Source: Candidatus Eiseniibacteriota bacterium
GTDB lineage: Bacteria; Eisenbacteria; RBG-16-71-46
Direction: 5' to 3'
Length of the DNA stretch: 64,000 nucleotides
Assembly: GCA_963725865.1 (NCBI GenBank)
Contig: CAVSAC010000012.1
Coordinates: 576,001 to 640,000 of the forward strand
Part shown: in pieces, positions 53,886-64,000 of the stretch
Position numbering within the stretch: the stretch's first letter is position 1
Layout of the letters: every line of letters begins with the position of its first letter
Program-made: the position numbers and the translations under genes
The notes under the pieces: generated by a model
What the model was told of the DNA's origin: nothing
Database searches by the model: none
What the model saw: the letters and a program-made list of their open reading frames with translations, nothing else

Positions 53886-55148
53886 TCACTGCTCCAGACG
53901 GTAGGGGATGACGACCCACGAACGCCGCGGGACGCCCGACTTGATCGCCGGCGCGAAGCGCCACTCCGGCAGCGAGCCCACCAGCGCGGCCACCGCCGGC
54001 GCCGGGATCCGCTCCTCGGTGAGCCACGGCAGTGCGTGCGCCACCGCTCGCCCCTGGGCGTCGACCAGCACCGGCAGGTACATCTCGAAGCGCTTCATGC
54101 GCACCATCCAGGTGCTGTCGAGCGGCACGCGCGCGGGCGCGATCAGCCGCGCCGGGGTGTCGAACTGCACGAACTCCTCGAGCTTCGGCCCCGCGCTGGA
54201 GGTGAGCAGCGCGACCTCGCGCGCGCCGCGCAGGAACGACGAGGGCAGCGAGTCCGGCCGGCTCCCGGGCAGCAGCACGCGCATCATCGCGAGCGCCGGC
54301 CGCCGCTCGGTCGAGTCGAGCGCCACCGCGGCGCGGAAATGCTCCTGGGCCTCGGCGCGCCGTCCCGCGCGCCAGGCCACGATCCCCGCGACGTAACGGG
54401 CCTCGGGCAGCGACGGATCGAGCATCGCCGCGCGCTCGGCCGCCAGCGTGGCCGTCGCGTCGTCGCCGCCCTTGCCGGCGGCGAGCGCCAGCGCGAGCCA
54501 GTCCGCGCCGGCCAGCGGGCGGGCGCCCACGCACGCGGCGGCCGCGCGCCGCGCCTCGCTCCAGCGCCGCTGGGCGAACGCCACCTCGAAGCGCGCGCGG
54601 GCCACGTACCAGCTCCATCCGTCGAAGCTGCCGTTGCCCCACTGCTCCTCGCGGATCCACGGCATGAAGTGTCGGCGCGTCACCGGCAGGGTGTCGGCGA
54701 GCGCGCGGTCCAACCGCGGCGTCCACAGCAGGGCCGCCGCGGAGTCGAGCCGCCCGCAGCGGGCCTCGTCGAGCGCCAGCGTGAGCTCGAGGTCGGCGTC
54801 CGGCGCCAGTCCGCGGCGCGCGCTGCGCAGCAACTCGCACGCGCGCTGGTAAAGCCCGCTCTCCTCCGACAGCCGCGCCTGCTTGGCCTGCTCGAGCGCG
54901 GCGGTGCGCGCGAGCGCCGGCGCCGCCGGCCGCCGTGCCGGGGCGCCGGCGCTCGGGGCGGCGCGCTTCGCCGCCACCGGCAGGCGCGCGGGTGCCGCGG
55001 TCGTGCTCGGCGTTCCACTCTTCGGCGTCGCCGCCGCGCGGGACGGCGGGGCGGGTGCCGCCGCGCACAGGGTGGCGGCCAGGAGCGCCAGCGGGATCGC
55101 ACCGGCGAGCCGGCGCCGGGACCGTGGGGTGAGCCGGTAGGGGACCAT
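53886..55148 (-). CDS. Exported TPR-like protein with C-terminal TonB_C-like domain
   Basis: Signal peptide, TPR-like helices (PEARYVAG..AQEHFRAAVALD), VLVDAQG..WRFAPA..GVP..WVVIPY. Confidence 0.65.
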   Translation of the reverse strand: MVPYRLTPRSRRRLAGAIPLALLAATLCAAAPAPPSRAAATPKSGTPSTTAAPARLPVAAKRAAPSAGAPARRPAAPALARTAALEQAKQARLSEESGLYQRACELLRSARRGLAPDADLELTLALDEARCGRLDSAAALLWTPRLDRALADTLPVTRRHFMPWIREEQWGNGSFDGWSWYVARARFEVAFAQRRWSEARRAAAACVGARPLAGADWLALALAAGKGGDDATATLAAERAAMLDPSLPEARYVAGIVAWRAGRRAEAQEHFRAAVALDSTERRPALAMMRVLLPGSRPDSLPSSFLRGAREVALLTSSAGPKLEEFVQFDTPARLIAPARVPLDSTWMVRMKRFEMYLPVLVDAQGRAVAHALPWLTEERIPAPAVAALVGSLPEWRFAPAIKSGVPRRSWVVIPYRLEQ

Positions 55149-55357
55149 GTGGAGGCTGAGGTTTAGCCGAACCGCCGCGCAGCGACAAGTGATTCACCAC
55201 CGGGCGGCGCCCGCGAGCCTTGGAATCCGGCCTTGGGGCCCGCCCGGCGGGGGGCACGGAACTTGAATGTCGGTCCGCGGACCACCCCTCCGGCCCCGGC
55301 CGGCGCTCCCGCCCGTGCATCCCGCATGGGCGGACCGGTCCGCGCGGAGCACGCTGC

Positions 55358-57283
55358 ATGTCCCGTCTCGTCCTCACCGGCCTCGCCCTGCTGCTGCTGG
55401 CGGGCCCGGCCGCGGCCCAGAACGCCTCCACGCCCGGCACGCTCGAGCTGTACCCGACGCTCGAGGCGGTCGGGGTGCGGCTGGCGTACGCGGGGGATGC
55501 CGACGGCGACGCCACCGCGCGGCTGGAGTGGCGCGCGCTCGGCGCCCCGGCCTGGACCGCCGGCATGGCGATGACGCGCATCGGCGGCCCGCGCTGGGCG
55601 GCGAGCGTGCTGTGGCTCTCGCCCGACACCGACTACGAGGTGCGCGCGACCATCGACGATCCCGACGGTGGCGGCAGCGCGGCCGGCACCGTGCGGACGC
55701 GACCCGTGCCCCAGCGCCTGGTGACGGGGCGCACGTGGTGGGTCGCGGTCGCCGGCAGCGACAGCGCGGCCGGCACGTCGGGCGCCCCGCTGCGCACGCT
55801 CCAGCACGCCGCCGATCTGGCGCAGCCGGGCGACGAGATCCGCGTGCGGCCCGGGCTCTACCTGCAGACGCTCGACACCCCGCGCTCGGGGACTGCGAGC
55901 GCCCCGATCTCGCTGATCGCCGACGCGCCCGGCGTGATCCTCGACGGCGCCGATCCCGCCTACCTGTCGCGTGGCGACTGGCGCGACGACGGCGGCGGCA
56001 TCTTCAGCGTGACCTACGCCGCGACCGCGCGGCTGGTGTGCGCGGACAGCCTGATGCGGCTCTACCACCAGGCCAGCCTCGCCGCGCTGCAGACCGACGC
56101 CAACGCCGTGACCCAGGGCTTCGCGGTCGAGGGCGGCCGGCTGTACGTGAAGCTCGAGGACCGCAGCAGCCCGAACGGCCATCGCATGTACGTCGCACGC
56201 TCGAACGTCGGGATCATGGTCGACCAGGCGTGGTGGTGGATCGAGGGCCTCGAGATCCGCCACTTCGGCACCGGCAGCGGCGGCGCCGGCATCCGGCTGG
56301 CGGGTGCGGCGCACGCGGTGGTAACCGGCAACCACATCCACACGCTCGGCGGGCGAGGGATCTTCCTCAACGCGCTCGCGAGCGACTGCCTGGTCGAGCG
56401 CAACCTGTGCCGCGACCCGCGCATCGGCGGCTGGCCGTGGGCCGCGACCAAGGGGCACGAGGAGGAGATCCAGGGCATCTCGCAGCGCGGCGGCCGCGGC
56501 GTGGTGATCCGCTCCAACACCGTGGACGGCATCTTCGACGGCATCGACGCCGGCGACGGCACGCTCGACGAGAACGTCGCGGCCGACACCGACATTCACG
56601 GCAACACCATCACCGGCGTGGCCGACGACGCGCTCGAGACCGACCTGGTGGCGGGCATCAACCTGCGCGTGTGGGGCAACCGGGTCGACCGCGTCTACAG
56701 CGGCATGTCGATCGCGCCGATCTCGAGCGGGCCCGAGTACGTGCTCTACAACACCATCACGCGCACCCAGCGCGGCGGCTTCAAGTTCTCGCTCAGCGGC
56801 ACCGGCCACGCGTGGATCGCGCACAACACCGTGACCAGCGACGTCGCGGGTGCCCCCGCGGTGCACCCGAGCGGGCCGTACTCGAACATCCACTTCCGGA
56901 ACAACATCCTGGTCGGCTCCGGCTCCGCCGCGGTGAGCGACGACGCGGGCGAGAGCGCCACCGGGAACGACTTCGACTACGACCTGCTGTACACCACGTA
57001 TCCCGCGCTGTTCCGCTGGAAGGGCGTGAACTACTCGACGATCGCCGCACTGCGCACCGCGACGGGCTTCGAACTGGGCGGCCGCAGCGGCGATCCGCTG
57101 TTCGTCGCGGCGGGCGCCGGCGACTACTCGCTGCAGGCGGGAAGCCCCGCGGTGGACGGGGCGCTGCGCCTGCCGGGGATCAACGACCGCTTCTTCGGCG
57201 CCGCGCCCGACATGGGCGCGTGGGAGCGCGCGGCCAGCGGACCGGATGCCATCCGCCCGGCGCCGGTCACCGACCTGCAGTAG
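55358..57283 (+). CDS. Secreted parallel beta-helix (pectate-lyase-like) protein with N-terminal FN3-like domain
   Basis: Signal peptide, LSPDTDYEVR, PLRTLQHA..PGDEI..GLY, I..NT repeats, LQAGSPAVD..PDMGAWE. Confidence 0.82.
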   Translation: MSRLVLTGLALLLLAGPAAAQNASTPGTLELYPTLEAVGVRLAYAGDADGDATARLEWRALGAPAWTAGMAMTRIGGPRWAASVLWLSPDTDYEVRATIDDPDGGGSAAGTVRTRPVPQRLVTGRTWWVAVAGSDSAAGTSGAPLRTLQHAADLAQPGDEIRVRPGLYLQTLDTPRSGTASAPISLIADAPGVILDGADPAYLSRGDWRDDGGGIFSVTYAATARLVCADSLMRLYHQASLAALQTDANAVTQGFAVEGGRLYVKLEDRSSPNGHRMYVARSNVGIMVDQAWWWIEGLEIRHFGTGSGGAGIRLAGAAHAVVTGNHIHTLGGRGIFLNALASDCLVERNLCRDPRIGGWPWAATKGHEEEIQGISQRGGRGVVIRSNTVDGIFDGIDAGDGTLDENVAADTDIHGNTITGVADDALETDLVAGINLRVWGNRVDRVYSGMSIAPISSGPEYVLYNTITRTQRGGFKFSLSGTGHAWIAHNTVTSDVAGAPAVHPSGPYSNIHFRNNILVGSGSAAVSDDAGESATGNDFDYDLLYTTYPALFRWKGVNYSTIAALRTATGFELGGRSGDPLFVAAGAGDYSLQAGSPAVDGALRLPGINDRFFGAAPDMGAWERAASGPDAIRPAPVTDLQ

Positions 57284-57304
57284 CGCGGCGGACGCGAGCC
57301 GCCG

Positions 57305-58531
57305 CTACGCCCGCTCCAGCAGCACCGCGATGCCCTGGCCGCCGCCGATGCACGCGGAGGCGACGCCGTAGCGCTTGCGGCGCTTGCCGAGCTCGATCAG
57401 CAGCGTGTGGATCAGGCGCGTGCCGGTGGCGCCCAGCGGGTGGCCGAGGCCGATCGCGCCACCGTTGACATTGACCTTCTCGCGGTCGAGGCCCAGCTCC
57501 TTTTCGACCGCCAGGAACTGCCCGGCGAACGCCTCGTTGATCTCGAACAGATCGATCGCCTCGAGCGCCAGCCCGGTCTTCGCGAGCAGCTTGCGGATCG
57601 CGGGCGCGGGTCCGAAGCCCATGGTGGCAGGGTCGACGCCCACGTACGACCACGCGCGTACCACGCCCATCGGCGTGCGGCCTTCGTTCTGGGCGTTCGC
57701 GGCGGTGGTCACCACCACGGCGGCCGCGCCGTCCACCACGCCCGAGGCGTTGCCGGCCGTCACCATGGACTCGGGGCCGAACGCGGTGGGCAGCGCGGCC
57801 AGCTTCTCCAGCGAGGTGCCGGGGAACAGGTGGTCGTCCTTGTCGACCATCGCGCTCTTCTTGCCCTGCTTGACCTCGACCGCCACCACCTCCTCGGCGA
57901 ACCGGCCGTTGTGGTTCGCGGCGTTCGCGCGCTCGTGCGAGCGGAGCGCGAACTCGTCCTGCTGCTCGCGCGTGATGCCGTACTTCCGCGCCAGGTTGTC
58001 GCTGGTCTGCGCCATGAAGCAGCCGCAGTAGCTGTCCTTGAGCGCCACGAACAGCGAGTCCTCGAGCATCGCGCCGGGCCCCAGCCGCAGGCCGCCGCGC
58101 GCGCCGCGCAGCACGTGGGGCGCCTGGCTCATGTTCTCCATGCCGCCGGCGAGCACCCACTGCGCCTCGCCCAGCATGAGCATCTGCGCCGCGCTGATCA
58201 CCGACTGCAGGCCGGAGCCGCACAGGCGGTTCACGGTCAGCGCGGGGACCGCCTCGTCGAGGCCGGCCTTGAGCGCCACGTGGCGCGCGCCGTAGATCGC
58301 GTCGCCCGAGGTCTGGAGCGCGTTGCCGAACACCACGTGGTCGAAGCGCTCGGCGGGCACCTCGGAACGCGCGATCGCGGCGCGCGCCGCGACGGCGCCC
58401 AGGTCGATCGCCGAGACCGCGGCGAGCGCGCCGCCGTTGAGGCCGTCGCCGCGCTTGCCGCCGATCCACTCGGCCATCGGGGTGCGCGCGCCGGCGAGGA
58501 TGACGATGTCGGGGAGTCCGCTGGTGGGCAC
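57305..58531 (-). CDS. Acetyl-CoA acetyltransferase (thiolase)
   Basis: [30 protein letters not shown] start with AAGGAG SD. Confidence 0.95.
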   Translation of the reverse strand: MPTSGLPDIVILAGARTPMAEWIGGKRGDGLNGGALAAVSAIDLGAVAARAAIARSEVPAERFDHVVFGNALQTSGDAIYGARHVALKAGLDEAVPALTVNRLCGSGLQSVISAAQMLMLGEAQWVLAGGMENMSQAPHVLRGARGGLRLGPGAMLEDSLFVALKDSYCGCFMAQTSDNLARKYGITREQQDEFALRSHERANAANHNGRFAEEVVAVEVKQGKKSAMVDKDDHLFPGTSLEKLAALPTAFGPESMVTAGNASGVVDGAAAVVVTTAANAQNEGRTPMGVVRAWSYVGVDPATMGFGPAPAIRKLLAKTGLALEAIDLFEINEAFAGQFLAVEKELGLDREKVNVNGGAIGLGHPLGATGTRLIHTLLIELGKRRKRYGVASACIGGGQGIAVLLERA

Positions 58532-58581
58532 GAGGTCGCTCCTTGGGGTCGTGGGGACGCTGCACACGGGAATGGCGCGGC

Positions 58582-58609
58582 AGCCTATCAGAGCGTCCGG
58601 TCGGGTCAA
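58582..58609 (-). promoter_or_regulatory. sigma70-type promoter for thiolase
   Basis: TTGACC-16 nt-TAGGCT with TG extension. Confidence 0.6.
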
Positions 58610-58725
58610 GACCGGCGCCGTTCCGCTCAGGCGGCGCCCGCGCGGCGGGCCGCGGCCGCCCGCGCGCCGCGCCGTGGCCGCCGGCCCGCGCGCCGAGCCG
58701 GCGGGCGTGGTACAGTGCCCGCCCC

Positions 58726-59145
58726 ATGACGTCCCGCACCGAGTATCTGACGATGGAGGTGCCGGCGCGCCGCGGCTTCGTGAACATCACCCCGGAGGTC
58801 GAGCGGGTGGTGCGCGCCAGCGGAGTGCGGGAGGGGCTGGTGCTGGTGAACGCCATGCACATCACGGCGAGCGTGTTCATCAACGACGACGAGTCGGGCC
58901 TGCACCACGACTACGAACAGTGGCTCGAGCGGCTGGCGCCGCACGCGCCGACAGCGCAGTACCGCCACAACGACACCGGCGAGGACAACGCCGACGCGCA
59001 CCTCAAGCGCCAGGTGATGGGGCGCGAGGTGGTGGTGGCGATCACGAACGGACGGCTCGACTTCGGCACGTGGGAACGGATCTTCTACGGCGAGTTCGAC
59101 GGCCGTCGCAGGAAACGCGTACTCGTCAAGGTCATCGGGGAGTAG
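58726..59145 (+). CDS. yjbQ: YjbQ/UPF0047 family protein
   Basis: [25 protein letters not shown]. Confidence 0.92.
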   Translation: MTSRTEYLTMEVPARRGFVNITPEVERVVRASGVREGLVLVNAMHITASVFINDDESGLHHDYEQWLERLAPHAPTAQYRHNDTGEDNADAHLKRQVMGREVVVAITNGRLDFGTWERIFYGEFDGRRRKRVLVKVIGE

Positions 59146-59221
59146 CGCCGAGGCGCTCCCCACCATCGTTCCCGACGCGCGCGGCGCGTCCCGTTGAACT
59201 CCGACGCGAGGTCCATACGAC

Positions 59222-60367
<1,146 letters not shown>

Positions 60368-60404
60368 GCGCCCCCCACTCGACGCCGCGCGCGGGCCGGT
60401 CGCG

Positions 60405-60908
60405 ATGACCGGCCCGCCGCGCATCCGCCCCGCGCGCCGCGACGACCTCGCCGCGCTCTGGGGACTGGTGAACGAGCTCGCTGTCTACGAGCGGCTCGAG
60501 GAGCGGGTCACCGGCGACGCCGCGACGCTCGGCCGCCACCTGTTCGACGACTCGCCGCTGGTGCGGGCGCTGGTCGCCGAGGCCGACGCTGCGCTGGTGG
60601 GCTACGCGCTGGTGTTCACCACCTACTCGAGCTTCCGCACCGCGCCCATGATGTGGCTCGAGGACCTGTTCGTGCGCCCGTCCCAGCGCGGCCACGGCAC
60701 CGGCCGCGCGCTGCTCGCGGCGGTCGCGCGCGAGGCACACCGCCTCGGGTGCTTCCGCCTGTCGTGGGCGGTGCTGGAGTGGAACGAACCCGCGATCGGC
60801 TTCTACGAGCGGCTGGGCGCCGAGCGAGATGGAGGCGGCTGGCACCAGTACGATCTGCAGGGCGAGCCGCTCGTGCGGCTGGCCGCCGAGGCGGACGCGG
60901 GCGGCTGA
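60405..60908 (+). CDS. GNAT N-acetyltransferase (diamine acetyltransferase-like)
   Basis: ELAVYE, WLEDLFV, RGHGTG, VLEWNEPAIGFY. Confidence 0.9.
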   Translation: MTGPPRIRPARRDDLAALWGLVNELAVYERLEERVTGDAATLGRHLFDDSPLVRALVAEADAALVGYALVFTTYSSFRTAPMMWLEDLFVRPSQRGHGTGRALLAAVAREAHRLGCFRLSWAVLEWNEPAIGFYERLGAERDGGGWHQYDLQGEPLVRLAAEADAGG

Positions 60909-60948
60909 CGCGGGCCGCCGCGCCGACGCACCGACCGCCGCGGCCGGG

Positions 60949-61488
60949 CTAGCGCTTCCGCGCCGCGCGCCGTCGATCCGGCAGCGCGCGCAGGCGCCGC
61001 GCCAGTCCACCGGGCAGCGGCTCCGCCAGCAGGCGCGCCCGCATCGTCGGATCGGCGCCGGTGCGCGCGAGGTGCGCGAACACGTGCTCCGCGCGCGCCG
61101 GGCGCTCGAGCAGCGCGTAGGCGACCGCCCAGGCCTCGAGACTGCCGAGCGGCACGCCGCGACGCCGCGCGGCGACCACGGTTGGGATGCGCACCACGCC
61201 GCGCCGGGTCGCGAACGCGAAGCGCACGATCACCTCGACGCGGCCGCCCGCCGTCACCACCTTGTGGTCGGCGTGGCAGCCGGAATTGCCGTGCAGCACC
61301 AGGTCGCGGCCGCCGAGCGCGCGCAGCACGGCGACCGGGCTCGCGTCGGTGTTGAGGTCCCAATCGTGCACCGCGTCCGCCAACCCGTGGGCGGCGAGCA
61401 GGCCGCTGCCGCCGAGCGCGCACGTCAGCCCGGCGCGCTCGAGTGCTCCGACCACGTCGACCACCAGCGCGCGCGGCGGCGACGTCAT
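60949..61488 (-). CDS. Hypothetical protein with nucleotidyltransferase-like motif
   Basis: ALGGS..HGL..DWD; ATGA overlap with the upstream ORF. Confidence 0.6.
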   Translation of the reverse strand: MTSPPRALVVDVVGALERAGLTCALGGSGLLAAHGLADAVHDWDLNTDASPVAVLRALGGRDLVLHGNSGCHADHKVVTAGGRVEVIVRFAFATRRGVVRIPTVVAARRRGVPLGSLEAWAVAYALLERPARAEHVFAHLARTGADPTMRARLLAEPLPGGLARRLRALPDRRRAARKR

Positions 61489-62000
61489 GCCGGCTCCGCC
61501 GCGATCCGCACCGCCTCGGCGGCACCCACCGCCAGCGTCTCGTGGAGCGTGCCCACGAGCTCGGCCAGCGCCGGCGGCGGATCGCCGTCCACCAGGTGGC
61601 GCGCCGCGGCCTCGCCGAGCCGCAGGCCGAGCGCCGCGGCCCCCGCCGCCTCGCTGGCCTGCCCGATCGCGCCATACTCGGCGTAGCGCGCCGCGACGCG
61701 GGCGCGCCGCGCCTCGAACGGCTCGAGCGCGGCGGTGTCGAGCATCCAGTGCTCGAGCACGCGTTCGTGCAGGGCGTCGATCGCGTGCGAGGTCTCGCGG
61801 TTGAATCCGCCGGCGGCGATCAGCCCGCGCACGCAGGCGTAGAGCGCGAAGCACTCCCACTCGCGGCACTGGCGCGCGCGCGAGGTGGCGTCGGCCGCGG
61901 CCAGCACGTCCGACTCGAGCAGGTCGTCCCACAGCCGCGGCGCCACCGCGAGCCAGAACGCGGCGAGCGCCTGCCCGCGGCGCGCCGGCTCGGCGATCAT
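61485..62000 (-). CDS. Hypothetical alpha-helical protein
   Basis: ATGA overlap with proC stop, host-like codon usage. Confidence 0.65.
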   Translation of the reverse strand: MIAEPARRGQALAAFWLAVAPRLWDDLLESDVLAAADATSRARQCREWECFALYACVRGLIAAGGFNRETSHAIDALHERVLEHWMLDTAALEPFEARRARVAARYAEYGAIGQASEAAGAAALGLRLGEAAARHLVDGDPPPALAELVGTLHETLAVGAAEAVRIAAEPA

Positions 62001-62830
62001 CGCGGCTCCACGCCCTCGAGTTCGCGCGCGCGGGCGGCCGCGCGCTGGGTGGCGCGCACCACCGCCTTGATCAGCGTCACGCGCAGTCCGCCGTCCTCCA
62101 GCTCGAGGATCCCGTCGATGGTGGTGCCGCCCGGCGTGGTGACCTCGTCCTTGAGCTTGGCGGGGTGCTCGCCGGTCTCGATCACCATCGCGCCCGAGCC
62201 CATCACCGTCTGCGCCGCCAGCTCGGTGGCGATCGAACGCGGCAGTCCCACCTTCACGCCCGCCTCGGCGAGCGACTCGATGATGATGAAGATGAACGCG
62301 GGCCCGCTGGCGGACAGTCCGGTGACCGCGTCCATGTGCTGCTCGTCGAGCACCACCGTGCGCCCCACCGCCTCGAACACCGCCCGCGCCTGCGCGACGT
62401 GCGCGGCGGTCGCGTGCCGTCCGGCGCACAGCGCGGTCATGCCCTTGCGCAGGACCGCCGGCGTGTTCGGCATCGCGCGCACCACCGGCACCGGCGTGCC
62501 CAGGCGCTGCTCGATGTACGCCGTGCTCGCCGACGCCGCGGCCGAGACCAGCAGCTGGTGGGCACCCAGCACCGGCGCGATCTCGCGCACCACGCCGTCC
62601 ACCTGGTGCGGCTTGACGCACAGCAGGACCAGCTCGGCGTCCTTCACGGCGGCGGCGTTGGTCGGCGCGCCGCGCACGCCGAGTCGCTGCTCCAGGTCGG
62701 CGACCCGCGCGGGATGCGCGGCGGTGACGGTGACCGACGCGGGCGCGACCTGGCCGGCGGCGATCAGGCCGCGCACCAGGGTCTCGCCCAGCTTGCCCGC
62801 GCCGAGCACGGCGATGCGGGATGTGCTCAT
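61997..62830 (-). CDS. proC: Pyrroline-5-carboxylate reductase
   Basis: GAGKLG, VKP, RAMPNTP, SASGPA, TPGGTT. Confidence 0.96.
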   Translation of the reverse strand: MSTSRIAVLGAGKLGETLVRGLIAAGQVAPASVTVTAAHPARVADLEQRLGVRGAPTNAAAVKDAELVLLCVKPHQVDGVVREIAPVLGAHQLLVSAAASASTAYIEQRLGTPVPVVRAMPNTPAVLRKGMTALCAGRHATAAHVAQARAVFEAVGRTVVLDEQHMDAVTGLSASGPAFIFIIIESLAEAGVKVGLPRSIATELAAQTVMGSGAMVIETGEHPAKLKDEVTTPGGTTIDGILELEDGGLRVTLIKAVVRATQRAAARARELEGVEPR

Positions 62831-62918
62831 CTCGTCCTCCTCGGATGCCCGATCACGACGCGAAGGCCGGGGCGGCGCTGCGCCACCCCGGCCCCGGCGC
62901 GGCCGCGACGGCGGCCGC

Positions 62919-63785
62919 TCACGACGGCGGGTTGGTGCTCCAGTCGTAGAAGCCGCGCCCACTCTTGCGACCGAAGCGGCCCGCCAGCACCATCCGCTTG
63001 AGCAGTGGCGGCGGCGCAAAGCGCGCCTCCTTGAACTCGTCGAACATGATCTCGGCGATCGCGTACGTGGTGTCGAGGCCCACGTAGTCGGTCAGCAGCA
63101 GCGGTCCCATCGGGTAGCCGCAGCCGAGCTTCATGGCGTTGTCGATGTCGTCGCGGCTCGCCAGCCCCTGCTCGAACACGCGCATCGCGTCGAGCATGTA
63201 GGGCACCAGCAGGCGGTTCACCACGAACCCCGTCGAATCGCCGGTGCTCACGACCGTCTTGCCGATCGCGGCGCACCACGCGTTCGCGTCCGCGATCACC
63301 GCGTCGTCGGTGCGCAGCGTGCGCACCACCTCGACCAGCTTCATGAGCTGGACCGGGTTGAAGAAGTGAAGCCCGATCACGCGCTCGGGACGCTTCGTGA
63401 ACGTGCTCATCTCGGTCACCGAGAGGCTCGAGGTGTTGCTCGCGAAGATCGCGCCGCTCTTGCAGATCCCATCGAGCGCGCCGAGCAGCTCGCGCTTGAG
63501 CGCCAGGTTCTCGCTCGCGGCCTCGACCACCAGGTCGCAGTCCGCGAGGTCCTTCAGCTCGACCGTGCCCTTCAGGTTCGCGAGGGTCTTGTCCATCGCC
63601 TCCTGCGGGATCTTGGCCTTCTCGACCAGCATGCCGAGCGACTTCTTGATCATCCCCAGGCCCTTCTCGAGGGCGTTCTGGGACACCTCGCGCACGACGG
63701 TGGGGAATCCGGCCTGCGCGCTGACCTGCGCAATGCCGTGGCCCATCAGGCCGCAGCCCACCACGCCGACCTTCTGGATCGCCAT
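62919..63785 (-). CDS. hbd: 3-hydroxybutyryl-CoA/3-hydroxyacyl-CoA dehydrogenase
   Basis: GCGLMGHGIA, ASNTSS, HFFNP, GFVVNR, PMGP, GRKSGRGFY. Confidence 0.92.
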   Translation of the reverse strand: MAIQKVGVVGCGLMGHGIAQVSAQAGFPTVVREVSQNALEKGLGMIKKSLGMLVEKAKIPQEAMDKTLANLKGTVELKDLADCDLVVEAASENLALKRELLGALDGICKSGAIFASNTSSLSVTEMSTFTKRPERVIGLHFFNPVQLMKLVEVVRTLRTDDAVIADANAWCAAIGKTVVSTGDSTGFVVNRLLVPYMLDAMRVFEQGLASRDDIDNAMKLGCGYPMGPLLLTDYVGLDTTYAIAEIMFDEFKEARFAPPPLLKRMVLAGRFGRKSGRGFYDWSTNPPS

Positions 63786-63849
63786 GGAACGAAACCTCCT
63801 CGGGACGCTCGGGGAACCACGCGGCCGCGCCGCACTCGAATGGCGCGGC

Positions 63850-63878
63850 AGTCTACGGGAGGGGGCAGGGAGCGACAA
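63850..63878 (-). promoter_or_regulatory. sigma70-type promoter for the hbd-proC operon
   Basis: TTGTCG-17 nt-TAGACT. Confidence 0.55.
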
Positions 63879-64000
63879 GGCGCGGCGCTCGTCCTGTGGC
63901 GCTCGTCCCTCGAAGCGCCCCGGCGGTTCGTTCGGCGCTGGACAGCGGCCCCGGCCACGGGCAGAGTGCCCGCGCTCCCACGTCACCAGCCCGCATCCCG

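Noticed and set aside
59146..59221. SAM riboswitch before metK (also T-box before tyrS)
   Set aside because: Leaders are too short and lack the conserved motifs

Overview
High-GC (visually about 70%) bacterial chromosome segment made mostly of core genes. It has no integrase, transposase, CRISPR array or prophage. 16S signatures and gene content suggest an uncultured FCB-related candidate lineage such as Ca. Eisenbacteria or Latescibacterota (inference only). Contents in order: partial sigma54 activator, AlaX, a degenerate DEAD-box helicase, mutM, a murQ-SBP-anmK-SpoIID peptidoglycan-recycling operon, tRNA-Asp, an 82-aa hyper-acidic ORF, speB-rlmI, mazG-DUF1844-acyltransferase, alr-deoB-cdd-deoC-pdp, PBP1A, tyrS, a complete rrn operon (16S-Ile-Ala-23S-5S), a helical-repeat/beta-barrel/sppA cluster, cytochrome c, EF-G2-yebC-ruvCAB-queA, a carboxyltransferase, a minor-pilin operon ending in a large ComZ-like PilX, and several metabolic and envelope genes. 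The strongest leads are: (1) DeoC carries an N-terminal microcompartment encapsulation-peptide-like helix plus a Cys cluster, although no shell genes are nearby; (2) a putatively sigma54-driven FimT/PilV/PilW/ComZ-like tip-pilin operon, which with (1) could form a DNA-as-food system; (3) the hyper-acidic protein with its own promoter; (4) a 27-aa membrane peptide with a hairpin-bound SD next to mgtC; (5) an 18-nt promoter element shared by the thiolase and 3-hydroxybutyryl-CoA dehydrogenase genes. All family calls are from motif recognition by eye; no database searches were run.
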